A stretch of 64,000 nt of DNA from Heterodontus francisci (Eukaryota). The notes under the pieces were generated by a model. The model saw nothing but the letters and a program-made list of their open reading frames with translations, made no database searches and was not told the DNA's origin. Location of the stretch: contig NC_090378.1 in NCBI RefSeq assembly GCF_036365525.1, positions 111,404,351 to 111,468,350 of the forward strand, read 5' to 3'. Made by a program: the position numbers and the translations under genes. The stretch's first letter is position 1, and every line of letters begins with the position of its first letter. Positions 50,223 through 62,614 of this stretch are shown here, piece by piece.

Positions 50223-50392
50223 AAAGTTTGTCAGATTCCACCCTTAAACAAAGACATAGGAACACACAGACACACAAACACACACCACCACCACACAGAG
50301 ACATAGATATGCTCACATCCCATAGATTCAAACACACACTCGCACACCACACAAAGCAAACATGTGCGTGCACACACACACATTCATAGACA

Positions 50393-51092
50393 CAATCCAA
50401 CCATCTCCTCCGACATTCAACCATATTAACATCGCTGAATCCCCCACTATAAACATCCTGTGGGTTACCATTGACCAGAAACTTAACAGGAGTAGCCACA
50501 TAAATACTGTGGCTACAAGAGCAGGCCAGAGGCTGGGAATTCTGTGGCAAGTAACCCACCTCCTAACTCCCCAAAGCTTGTCATCTACAAGGCACAAGTC
50601 AGGAGTGTGATGGAATACTCTCCACTTGCCTGGATGGGTGCGGCTCCAATAACACTCAAGAAGTTCGACACCATCCAGGACAAAGCAGCCCACTTGATTG
50701 GTATCCCATCCACAAACATTCACTCCCTCCACCACTGATACATAGTGGCAGCAGTGTTTACCATCTGCAAAATGCACTGCAACAACTCACCAAGGCTCCT
50801 TCGACAGCACCTTCCCAACCTATGACCTCTACCACCTGGAAGGAAAAGAGCAGCCGATGCATGGGAACACCCCCACCTGCAAGTTCCTCTCCAAGCCACA
50901 CACCATCCTGACTTGGAACTATATCACCGCCATTCCTTCACTGTCGCTGGGTCAAAATCCTGGAACTCCCTTCCTAACAGCACTGGGTGTACCTGCAGTG
51001 GTTCAAGAAGGCAGCTCACCACTACCTTCTCAAGAGCAATTAGGGATGGGCAATAAATGTTGGCCTAGCCAACAGCCCATGAATGAATAAAA
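50393..51092 (+). mobile_element. 3' fragment of a second CR1/L2-group LINE family
   Basis: NIL.VTIDQKL..SSHINTVATRAGQRLGIL and IYKAQVRSVMEYSPLAW..DTIQDKA remnants, with tail CTTCTCAAGAGCAATTAGGGATGGGCAATAAATG.TGGCCT. Confidence 0.8.
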
Positions 51093-51349
51093 TTCTTACA
51101 TTCACCTATGATGTTTAACAGGAAGCTTTGATCCAAGTCTGTAACTGGTTAATTATGCAGATCACTACACTTAACCATCTCCCTTTACATATGTAAAAGG
51201 TGCTGCTTTAAGATCCAAGAATTTCCTCTTAATATTTTAGACATCATGAAGTCAAAATTATCTTGTTTTCTTCCAATTTCCTGTCCCCCATAGCTGGTGC
51301 TGCCCCCTATAGGGATACCATTCCACAGGCATTCTCCTGCCAGTACATC

Positions 51350-51456
51350 ACCCATCCATACCTGCCCAGGGAGTGTTTGATTGCACTGTCCAGACGGAGC
51401 TTTACTCTGTATCTAATGTTTTCTTCTAGGGAGCTTTACTTTGTATTTAACACCCC
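51350..51456. repeat. Left remnant of the ~67-bp tandem repeat (Tx1 target flank)
   Basis: ACCTGCCCAGGGAGTGTTTGA..GGAGCTTTACTCTGTATCTAA, then a second AGGGAGCTTTACTTTGTATTTAAC. Confidence 0.75.
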
Positions 51457-54400
51457 TTTTTTTAAGTGAAGGAAGCCTTGATACCCCAGGCCCTTTTATT
51501 TTTGTCGAGGGGACCTTTATTCTCCAGGCCTCCTTTATATGTATTTTAATTTTTTGTATATTACATAAATAACTTCATTTTTAAAAAACAGGTAAATAAA
51601 ACAAAACTCAAATTAAAATGTAATTTTCAGCATCAATGATGCACTCCAGCCCCTGAGGTGCCCACCAGTCGCTGAAGGCCTCAAGCGACCTGGCAGACAT
51701 CGCTTGTTCCTTCTCCAGGGACACCCGCATGCGAACATAACCTTGGAAGAGGTGCAGGGAATCAGGGTGAACAGACCCCCAGATGGCATGTACCTGGACT
51801 TGTGAAATGCCACCTTGGCCGGGCCCAGGAGCAGACTATCGAGGGGATCCCCCCCACCCTCCGCACCGGGTGTCCAAAGATCATGAGCGTGGTTCTGAAG
51901 TGCAGCCAAAACTTGAGGAGCAGTCCCTTTAAATACGCAAAGAGGGGCTGCAACCTCGCACACTCCATACATACATGGAACCCAGACTCGTCCAGGCAGC
52001 AGAAATTACAGGCAGCCTGGGAGTCCGTGAACCTACTTAAAAGCTTATTGCATGGGACTGCCCTGTGCAGCACCCTCCACCCCAGGTCCCCAGTGTAAAT
52101 AGACTCTCGCGTAGAGAGACCTCCACCGGGGGTTTCCCCTCATCACCAGATGGCAACACAGACTGCCACAGCGTGTCCGGGCGGCAGACGAGGGCGAGGA
52201 AGCAGAGAGTGTGCAGGAGCAGCCCATACAGGAAACCCCTCCGCACGGTGTGGAATGGTATGGAGGGCAATTCCAAGAGGCTACTCAAGTTGTGTGGGAC
52301 TGGCTCCCGAGGAGGGTTTTGGGGCTTGGGTCCGATGAACAGTTCCGGCCGAGCGGGGATCAGCTCGGCTGGGAGTGCTCCACACTCCCGAGTCCCCTCG
52401 TCACCCACAGTGAAGGGCATCCTGGGAACTTCAGCTACTCCTCCACCCGTCGGTCTGTCCCTAGAGCCGGCAGCCCGGACAGCCAAGGCCCTCCCCTCTC
52501 CTCCACCGGCGGGGGAGCACCCTGACTGGAGGCGACCATGTTCCAGACTCTGTTAAGATCCCGGGAAAAGACAGGCAACTTCCTCAGAGAGGCGCGGCTA
52601 ACGTTCTCCGCCGGCAGCTGCGTGTCGTCTTGAAGGCAATGCCCCTGGCGGATAAAATGCGTCAAAAGTGCATGCCATCTGGGAGGACACTCGACATACA
52701 GGTATCTCTGCAGGGTCCGAAGGCGGAGAGTTGCAGTCTGGGTGCGGACGCACACCAGCGACTGGCCGCCCTCCTCAATCGGCAGACTCAGGACCACGGC
52801 AGACTCTCAGTGTTTCCTCTTGCCCCAGAAGAAATCGACAAGCTTCTTCTGGATCTTGGTGGCAAATGCGGGGGGGCAGGACCAAAAGTGACCAGTTGGT
52901 ACCACAGCATCGAGGCTACCAGTTGCTTTATGACCAGCGCTTGGCCCCTGTAGGAAAGTACTTGGAGCAGTCCTGTCCAGCACCCTAGCTGAATGGTAAC
53001 TTTCACCTCCAACTCCTGCTAGTTTGCTGGCCAGGCTTCCTCAGCGGGACTCAGGTGGACTCCCAGATAGAGGAGGTGCGTGGTGCTCCACGCAAAAGGT
53101 GTTAACTCCTCCGGCAGGGAGTCCATCCGCCACTGACCCACCAGGAGTCTGGAACATTTCTCTGAATTGATCCTTGTGGAGGACGCGGCAGAAAAGATCT
53201 GCTGGCATTCGCACATCCTCTGCAAGTCACGGGATCTGTGACCGTGAGGAACACGCCATCGCGTAAGCCAAGAGGATGACCCGCATGCCCAGTCCATGCA
53301 GAGCCAAACCTGCCAACCTCCTGTGAAGCAGGCACAGGAACGGTTCCACGCAGATGGTATATAATTGGCCAGATACGGGGCATCCCTGACATACTCCTCT
53401 CCCAAAGCGAAGGGACACCATCAAGGACCAGCTAACTTTGACCAGACACTCTGCGGTACAAAAGTCGGACCCAGGCCACAAAATGCGGCCAGAGTCCGAA
53501 CACACGCAGAGCCCTGAAAAGATATTTGTGTTCCATCCTGTTGAACACCTTTTCCTGAGCGAGGGAGAGAAAGGCAACCGACAGACCAGTCCTCTGGGAA
53601 AGTCGGATCAGGTCCAGGTCTAGGTGGATGTTGTCCTGGGTGGACCGGCCTGGGACCGTGCAGGAATCGTCAGGGTGGATCGTGTGGGCCATCACAGACT
53701 TCAGGCGGGTGGACATAGCCCGGGCAAAGATCTTATAATCCGTGCTGAGGAGGGAGACCGGACACCAGTTCTTAAGCAGGCGGAGATCACCCCTCTTCGG
53801 CAGCAGGGCGATTACCACCCTGCACCACGAGAGGGGCATCTCCCCGGTCGCCAGGCTTTCCCCCAGGACCCGCGCATAAGCGCCCCAGGATGTTGCAGAA
53901 CGTCCTTAAGAACTTTGCGGTCAGCCCGTACAGCCCGGGGATTTGCCTCGCGAGAGCTGGGGGAGGGCTCCACCAACATGAGAGGAGCCTCCAGTCCCCT
54001 CCAGGCTGACCTCCGGTAGGTCCTCCCACATGTTTCTCCGCGCATCCTCACTGCACGGATGCGGAGAGAACAACGCACTGTAATAGGTACGGACCTCGAT
54101 GAGCAGCTCGATGAGCTGCTTCCTAAACCCCCGCCATTTTCCCAGCGAGTAGAAGAAGGGTGAGGCTCAGTCCAAATCTTCCAGGATCTGGATCCGCGAC
54201 CTCAGGTGCACACCTGAGGACCCTACGAGCTGCAGGTCCCTCAGTGAGCCCTTCTTCTCTTTGTACGCCTGCCACAGGGCCGGGCCCACGATGCCTTGAC
54301 TGCAACAGGACTCCAAGTCGAGCACCTCCCTCTCCCAGCGCCTGATCTCAGCCTTCCGCCTCTTGGTCGACCCCTTCGCGTACTCCTGACAGCAGACATG

Positions 54401-57400
54401 GATGTGAGTCTTGCCCACATCCCACCATAGCCTCAAGGAGAGGAACCCCCTGCTTCCTTCTCCAGTCAGCCCAGAATTGACGGAACGAGTCCTGGAATCA
54501 CTCGTCCTCCAGCAGCCGGTTGTTAAAGTGCCAGAACGCGGACCCTGCCCGCGTGCGGAGAAGAGTGAACTCTGCCCACACCAGGTGGTGGGCTGAGCAT
54601 GGCACTAGCTGCATGGAGGCCACCAAGATGCAGGAGAAGTACACCTGCGAAATGTAGAGACGGTCGATTCGGGACCCTCCTCCTCCAGACCTCCAGGTGA
54701 AGGTGCTGGAATCGGGATGAAGATTCCGCTAGACGTCCACCAAGTTGAGGGAGTTGGTCAGTTCTCTCAACTTCTCTACCAATGCTTGACAGCGCTGGGG
54801 AGTGGAGCGATCCTGCACCTCGAGGGTACAGCTAAAATCCCCCTCAAGGATGATGCACTCGCCGTTATCGATAGAGTTGAAGTGAGCAGACACTTCTTCA
54901 AAGAAGCGCGCTTACAACTATTTTACCCAGGTGAATGGCAAGGTGGAGCAAGCTGATAGACCTCCAAGAGCTCCAGCTGAAAAATCGGGGCCAACAAGAT
55001 AGCCACCCCACTAGAAATAGGGGTGAGGTGACTCATGTAGACCCCACCCTATCACTCCAGGAGCCAGGTGGCTTCGTCTCCTGGAACGGTGCATATCTCT
55101 ATTCCCTGAGGACTGAGAGATTGTGAAATCTGCAGTGAGACCCACTGCTGCTATTGATGTTGAGGCTGGTTATGGTTATCTTCATGTTAAAAGTACTTTG
55201 AAACCCATCACCAACACCTCACTGTGAAGAGGGAGCAGAAGTGCACTTCGCCTTCCACTCCTCCAGCAACCCATTGAGGAATGCTTTGAACTGGTGCCTC
55301 ACAACCACTTTCACACCTGCGCCCTTCGCCCCCCTTCTTGAGGGCGGCACGGACGGACCACATTATCAGCGCCAGATTTGACCATCGGCCTAGGGCCAGT
55401 TGAACTTTATTGTGGCAACCCCGGCATGCCGCGAGGAAGTCCCGGAGTTCTGCTGTGGGGATGGCAGGAGGCACGAGGGACTCCACTGCCTCACTGGCAA
55501 TGGATTCAAGATCGTCCTCCATGCCCCACACTGATTCCCATCCTCCTCTGGGTCGTCACCGCCAGCAGCCGACACACCCACCAAACTCTGTGAGGTGGAC
55601 ATTCCGGCCGCACCAGTTGGTCCTGCCTCCAACATGATCTCGCCCCCAGGATCGATGGCGAAGGGATTCTCTCTGGGTTCTTCTATGGAACTGGAGCCAA
55701 TGGGCACCAGTGGTTCAGGAACCCCCTCCACCTCCTTCCCCAGGCCAGTGAGCGGCCCAGGGGAGATGGTAGTTTCCGACTCAGGAGATCCACCCGAAGC
55801 CGGGACTGGAGGCGGAGAGAGGAAGCCAACTCCCACTCTGCCAGCGCCCGCAGGCCCAGCAGATGCGGCACTATGTAAATTGGCCTCAGGATCGGGTACA
55901 TCCTGGGCAGCAGCATCAGGCTGCTGGGAGGTTTGACCCTCACAGGTCTCGCCCCCCACCCAGGACACCCGCCCCATTGGCATAAGGAGCAATTTCTCCC
56001 GTGGGGTCCACAGGCTCTCCCACAGCAGGCGGGCCCTCTCCCCCATCATCGGGAGTTGCGAAATTAACAGGGGCTTCTCTCCCGACTCCATCCTGAGAGA
56101 CATAGGGCTGCTGCTTAGGGTTCGAGGCCCTGATAGCCCTTGTGGTGGGGGAAGGCTGAGGACTTGTGCCAGGAGAGGGACTCTGTAACTCCAGGTCCTC
56201 TTCAGAGGAGGTAAGCCTCCTCCTCGTATTTCAGGAAGAGCACGGAGGCTCAGAAACCTCAATCTCAGTAGAGGTCTCTGCTTCTACCTCCCCACCACCC
56301 CCAACCCCGCCGCCCAGATTCTTTAGCCCGAGCTTAGCCGCAGGGCAGGTGGGCTCCCTGGATCAGGCTTAGGGCTAAGCTGAGGCTCAGGATTTTTTTT
56401 GTATCCAGGGGGTGTGCCTTCGAATGTTTTGATTTGCGTCATGCCTTCTTTCCAATCGGACGGGTCTCCCACTCCCAATGGCCTCCAGAACCGCCTGAGC
56501 GGTGTTTGTTGCAGATGTAGGCGGAGTAGGGGGAGGTGCAGTAGAGGGAGGTGCAGCGGCGCCACTCTGGGCCGCCAAGGCGGAGTTGACTCTTATGAAC
56601 ATGCACCACCCCCTTACAGGCATGGCATCATGCCCTGTCCAAGGATTAGAAGACACAGTATGTCGCCCCTTGGAACTCCACATTTAACTGGCACTCCATG
56701 ACTTCCTCTGGCGTCAGCTGCATAAAGAGCTGGTGGCGGAAGGAGTAGAAGTGCCGGTGGCTGTTCTCCCGAAGACCAAGCGGGACTGGGGTGAGCCCCG
56801 TCTTTACCGCCCCACGATGGTGCAGGTGGGGGAGGAGGAGCTCACCAGAAATGAAGGGCAGACATTCGGCAAATTGACCCACTGCGCAGTGGCCTCCAGG
56901 GGCTCCACTGGCAGAAATATCCCACCCACAGTGAGCCCTTTGCTCAGGGCCAGGGACACCGCTCGCTCGGTCTTCAGGAAACAGTCTTCCTGTACATTTT
57001 AGAGGCAGCAACAGTGGCCGAGGGGGCGACAACCTCGGCCATTGCTTTGACACATGCCACTATTGACATGTTGAGATGGAAGGGAGAGTAAGGCTGCGAG
57101 GAAGTTTCTCTTTAATAGGTGATTGGAGTAGCTTACTTGAGAATCCAAAGCCCAGTCTTCCAGTCAGGGGAAGGTTCTTCGCCCGGGTCAGCTGGAGCTG
57201 ACCGATTCTTTCCTCTTCCTGCTGTTATATAAAGACTGTCTTTAGTGGGCAGCTCCAGCTGTCCCGAGCCACGCAATTGGAGTGGGGAGGGAGCTCCCTT
57301 GATGCAAGATGGAAGAAAAGCACAAGAACAAATACAGGGGCTCCCTATAGAGCTTTGCAGCCCCACCCTGGATCTTCCAGCGTCTCTACCCTCCCCCAAC

Positions 57401-57621
57401 AGACCAAACAAAAACAGTTCTCTGGTGCTCCAACACTCACCTTTCCAAAATAACGTGCAGGTCTTCTTTGCTCTCCACTAAATAGAAACAGTTCCACACT
57501 TGAAGTTGTAAATCTCTCAGCTCTCTCCCCTCTCCTCTCCAGCTGCAGCTCCCATCAGCCTGCACAGGTGCAGTTGTTTTGCCTGATTGCACACAGGAAG
57601 TACGCCACAAATTCTCCAGCC
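51457..57621 (-). mobile_element. Full-length decayed Tx1-clade non-LTR retrotransposon (5' UTR, ORF1, ORF2, 3' UTR; ~6.2 kb)
   Basis: ORF1 remnant from ~57070 reads MSIVACVKAMAEVV..ASKM..FLKTERAV..GLTVGG.FLPVEPL..PFISGELL..RHFYSFRHQLFM with a CHAC knuckle. ORF2 starts MKITITSLNIN at 55185, with LLPKRGDLRLLKNW.PVSLLSTDYKIFA, TVPGRS..DNI, GRGV.QGCP.SG.LY and a C-terminal CNFC..H..MEC motif ending ~51613. An oligo(A) lies at 51457-51463. Confidence 0.9.
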
Positions 57622-57624
57622 AAT

Positions 57625-57813
57625 CCCGTGCTGTATCTGCCTTGGGAGTGTTTGAAGGGACAGTGTAGAGGGAGCTTTACTCTGTATCTAGCCCGTTTTT
57701 TTTTTCTTTTTTCTTTATTAGGCAGCAGAAAACCCATGCTTTACCTTCCTTGGAAGTGTTTGATGGGACACTGTAGAGGGAGCTTTACTCTGTATCTAAC
57801 TCATGCTGTCCTG
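57625..57813. repeat. ~67-bp tandem repeat (2+ units) with a short poly(A) insertion
   Basis: CCCGTGCTGTATCTGCCTTGGGAGTGTTTGAAGGGACAGTGTAGAGGGAGCTTTACTCTGTATCTA at 57625 and again at 57733, with a T-rich insert at 57696-57730. Confidence 0.85.
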
Positions 57814-58635
57814 AAATAAGAAGGATGAGGATGGATCCAGTGTGACAGAGATACTTAATGATCCTCTATTCACTGCAGTCGAGACATTTGCACTTTGTGC
57901 CCAGAGAGTGTGTCGGATGTGAATCAGTCACACTCATGGCCTCAATCTATTCCATCTCTGGGAATTCCTCTGACTCTGTGTCCAAATGTCTACTCCTGAC
58001 GGTACAGCGCAGTGCCTTGTGGAATTCACCCGTTTACATTGCTGGGTGACGAAGAACGTTCTGCTGTGGAATCAACCTAGCCCTGTGCGACTGCACACAT
58101 GCAGCGACCTCACATTGGCCCAGATTTTACTGGACGGAGGGCATCGCTCAGCATGCCCTGTGACCTGAATTTCTCCCCTCACCCTTTAGCTGGGAAAAGG
58201 TTTGCCTGCAATTTGCTGGAAGCGTGAGCTGATCGCAAGGTTGCCAGGGCATCTGGGAATTAGGTGAATGACTGACCCAACAAGCTTTCTCCTTAACCCA
58301 GATTTAAAGATAGAGATGGAAACAGAGGAACAATGGAGAAGAAATAGGGTGAATTTGATACAGAAAGAGAAATAAACAGAGGGAAACAAAGACAGGATTA
58401 AGAAAGAGCAAAAAAAAGAGATGGCAAGGAAAAGTAAGAAAAGTGGCAGCTGTTCTCCTGACTATCTGATTGTGGGAGAAATCACAGCCAGCCTGCTCCC
58501 TGACTCAGTGGTGCAGAGGCCCAGTTGTCGCTGCCCAGCTGAATCGAGCTAACCCAGTACAGACTACGGCATGGAAACAGTCAGCCCGCAGTTGTGCTCA
58601 AGTCACAATCTAGGACTTTCTGCCCACAGAGCTTT

Positions 58636-58833
58636 CCTGATATAAGGAGGAACTCTGTCCCTTTCCCCATTATCCTCAGGAAAGGACAATCCCATTCCCA
58701 GACATCGGGGGAACTCTGCCCCTTTCCCCATTATCCTTGAGAAAGGACCAGCACATTCCAGACATCAGGGGAACTCTGTCCTTTTCTGCATTATCCTCGG
58801 GAATAGGCCAATTTCCAATGTCAGGAGAAACTC
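58636..58833. repeat. ~60-bp tandem repeat, 3 copies
   Basis: GAACTCTG.CC.TTT..CATTATCCT recurs at 58650, 58711 and 58771. Confidence 0.8.
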
Positions 58834-60069
58834 AATGTTCTGCCCCAAGCCCAGATGCTACATATCAGGGAGAAGGCTCACCCCGACACTCCCGCATGCC
58901 TTGATGCCAGGAAGGCTCATCCCTGACCCCGATACCCCCCCGCCCATGCCTCGATGTGCCAGGGGTTGGACACACTTCTGTTTATGCTTCTGCTCACTGT
59001 GCCCCCACCACCAAGCCCCCCGAATCTACATCACATCTAGCACCAAAAGCTTCTCAAACCCACAAAGCTATGTGGTGTCATGCATACCAAGGGAAGGGAG
59101 ATGCGAAATATGCACTGAGACCACAGCGGGGGGATGCTTGGCGGCAGGAGGTCACGTGATGAAACCTCCAGGGCTACATCCAACCAGAGTTGGCAACCCG
59201 AAGGGGACCCTTACCCAACATGGAAGAGTTAACGCCTTCTGATGGGTCATGTTGCTTCTGGTCAAGGGGAAGGATATTGAAATAAAAGACTTAAGAGATG
59301 AAGGGAGGGGGAATGAATAGCCTGTCACTCGCACATGAGATGGCAGAAGGGAAAGGAGTGAGAGAAACAGGACAGGACCCTTTGTACCTGTCGAGGAGAA
59401 TGAAGGGACCTGCCAGCTGTTTGCGAGCTAGTGTCTGCTTGCCTGGCAGTTCACATAAGGCATCACTCTTTGACTTGCCATGAGCGTATGTGTGAATAAT
59501 TAACAGTAATTAATCCTCAATTACCATAATTAAGCAAGTCACAGAAAATTAAGTGGCATCTGGAGGCGTCTTCAACAGAGGCGGACAGTGCGCTCAGCTC
59601 CTCCATCAGCCATCTGAAAGTTCATTCTGTGCAGCAAAGTACCACCTCTCAAACATTTTAGTCCTCGGGGAGGTCAGGGGCTGGGCTTGTGGATAGGCCT
59701 GGCAGTACCTGCAAAGAAATTAACCTGGGAGATTGTATATTGACTGCCTAGGCTGGGACGCCTGTGGGTTTCTCACATCCCCCTCCCTCCATGGTTGAGG
59801 AAAGTGCTGACACTCACTATTGAGTGTCACATAGCAAAAATGGCTCAGCTAAATGAGGCAGTGAAAGGCTGCTAACACCACTGGAACTGTAAACCCAAAA
59901 GCAGCCAAGTTCTTCAGGATAGGAAGGGAGTAGGGGAGAGAATACATCTGCAACGATACCTGGTTTCCTGATGGGTGGACCCCACACTGCCAGAACACCC
60001 TCCAACTCATTGCACACAGCCATCTCAAAGTCACAGTCCTTATCCACTGGTCAGTGACAATCCCTACAT

Positions 60070-60228
60070 TCCAACAGTTTGTGGGAGCTTGCTGTGCGCA
60101 AATTGGCTGTTGTGCTTCCTACATTACAACAGTGATTACACTTCAGAAGTACTTCACTGACTGCAAAGCACTTTGGGATATCATGAAGTCACAAAAGGTG
60201 CTAATTAAATACAAGCTCTTCTTTCTTA
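60070..60228 (+). mobile_element. DeuSINE/L2-type 3' tail
   Basis: gtttgtgggagcttgctgtgcgcaaattggctg..tcctacattacaacagtga.tacacttca.aagtacttca..gcactttggga. Confidence 0.7.
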
Positions 60229-61499
60229 AATGTTCCAATGCTATGCTCTTTGCCATTCAATAGTTTGGATACTCTTATTAATTGAAAGACTTAGAACCAA
60301 AAGGCCCAAACTCTGTCCGAATTCCTGATTAGGTTGGTTATTGTGTGAGCATTAAGCCTCAGTCGATCAATCAGTATTGAGTATTGATCAATCAATCCGG
60401 TCAGGGATTTAATCCCTTAAGTTGGGCAGGATGTGGGAGCAGCAAGCCCACTACCCACATACCCAGTCATAGGACCTATCCACCGTAATGGTCAGACCTC
60501 ATATTCATGGCAGGCTACCCTTGCGCGTTTAGTGCGGCTCGCCAGTCAAAGTTGGGGGGGGGGGGTCATGGGTTGGGTGGGACAGAAGTTCTGCCAGCTC
60601 CTGCGCAGGGCAAAGTTGGTTGAGTTGGGCTAAAGGGGAAGGGGGAGGCAATCTCAGGAGAGGGCTGTACATGGTTGGGGCAGGTCGAATTTCCCCCATT
60701 ATTGGAGTTCCCACCAGCTAAGAATGTATCAGGGTCCTACTTCCATTATAGGACCCCATGTTACATCATGTAATGGGGCTGCTATCTGTTCTGGCCAAAG
60801 ATTTGGTCACCTTTCTGAAGGCCCCATTGAAAATGGCAGCAGGTAGAAACGGGGCAGTACGCTCTGTACTGCAGTTTTGAGCGTGCTGCTGCCTCCGTCT
60901 GGAAGGAAACGTAAGGTCATTGACATTCCCTCCTCTGCCTAGCTAAGCATCTTGGTCAAATCTCAGAAATGTAGCCCTGCCATATCTTCCATCGTCTACC
61001 TCAACTATGTCTGGGGCCTCTCTGAGCAATACCGCTCTGGTTTTGTGCTGTGGACCCACTGGGATGTGGAGGCTTTCATCCCATCCACCTGGGCCAGACT
61101 GGCCACAGAGGTGAAAGTGCCTGTTCAGACTTGACACCCAAGCTGCGAGTTTTCACTGTAGCAGAATCCTCGGTGTAAACGCGACAGGACAGACTTGGAC
61201 CCGAGCCAACTGTCCTGGAGGGGGTGGAGATGAATGGGTGTGAGTGAGCATGTCTAATTTGAGTTTTGTGGGGTCTAGGCAGGATTCTTCCTCCATTAGT
61301 TAGCCTATGTTGAGGAAAGGGTGTTTGGGTTGGTGAGGGGTGGGTGGTGGAGGTGGGGCAGGGAGTGCGGTGAAAGGTGGAAAATGGCTGTGGTGTCCAC
61401 TCTAGTTTTATTAAAGTTCCACCGTGACCAAAGCAATTGCTTGACCTGCTAAGTTATTTTAGACAGAGAAGAGGTTCAAAGGTGTGTCCCAAATGCATT

Positions 61500-61835
61500 G
61501 TAAGCTCCTGAAACAGGCATCCTTCAACAGCACCTTCCAAACCCGCAACCTCTACCACCTAGAAGGACAAGGGCAGCAGATGCATGGGAACACCACCACC
61601 TGCAAGTTCCCCTCCAAGTCACACACCATCCTGACTTGGAACTATATCACCATTCCTTCACTGTCACTGGGTAAAAATCCTGTAACTCCCTTCCTAACAG
61701 GACTGTGGGTATACCTACCCCACATGAACTGCAGTGGTTCAAGAAGGCAGCTCACCACCACCTTCTCAAGGGCAATTAGGGTTGGGCAATAAATGCTGGC
61801 CTGGCCAGCGATACTCATATCCCATGAAAGAGTAA
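61500..61835 (+). mobile_element. 3' tail of the same LINE family as 50393-51092
   Basis: Aligns with 50790-51090 (cagcaccttccaaaccc..ctctaccacct.gaagga..gcaagttc.cctccaag.cacacaccatcctgacttggaactatatc). Confidence 0.8.
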
Positions 61836-62016
61836 AACAAAGATTGAGCACGTTTGCAATCTACATCCAGTACAATTGACTCTGTAATTTCTTGCCCGGA
61901 CCCCATTCTCTCTACTGAGTGAATCAGACAGTTCACAGACAACTGAGGGTCCACATTATCTGAGCTGCAGCTAGGTGAACAACCATCCAGCTCTTAAAAC
62001 CCATTCAAATGACCAC

Positions 62017-62403
62017 CAGGGCTGCCAATTCTGGTTGGATATAATCCTGGAGGTTTCATCGCATGGCTTCCCACCTCCAATCACCCCATCCCCACACTCC
62101 TGCCATTGCTCACCCGACACATCCATCCCCGTGAAGCCTCGCCTTTCCATACCACCTGAAAAGTGAATGGACTGTTCATTAACTAACTAGCTCATTCATA
62201 ACCGCCAGTCAAACAGCTTTTTTGCCATCTCTGATACTTTTATAACGAAAGTGAATTTTAAAAATGAAGTCAAAAACCCTTCCATTTATTTTATTGCCCC
62301 TATGACTTTTCCCTTGGCATTTGTTTGCTCACAGCAAGTGTCCAGGAGATTATTCTGTAATTTCTGGAGACTCCAGGGCAATCCTGGAGGGTGGGCACCC
62401 CTA
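62017..62403. mobile_element. hAT-type MITE (387 bp, 8-bp TSD)
   Basis: Termini CAGGGCTGCCA and GGGCACCCCTA. Flanks ATGACCAC (62009-62016) and CTGACCAC (62404-62411) match at 7 of 8 positions. Confidence 0.7.
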
Positions 62404-62614
62404 CTGACCACAAGGGAAAAGATCAGTCTTGAAACTGCTGGCACCTTGAAGAACATTGAGGGACGATGAGTGGGAGGAAGGGGAGGTGGTTGCATCCTAG
62501 TAGTTGGTGACCCTGTCAGCGACATCCAGACAGCATGCTGCACTGGGATCCATCATTCCTCCACCAGCTGGGGTCACGGAGCTAAGGTGAGGATAGAGAG
62601 ATGGCTTGATGAAG

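Noticed and set aside
55390-56262. 290-aa Pro/Gly-rich ORF as a host gene
   Set aside because: It lies within the low-complexity C-terminal part of the decayed Tx1 ORF1.
57510-57545. TC-rich tract as a Kibi/Koshi-type microsatellite target of the Tx1 element
   Set aside because: There is no matching TC tract at the other end. The tract falls inside the presumed 5' UTR, whereas the 67-bp repeat flanks both ends.
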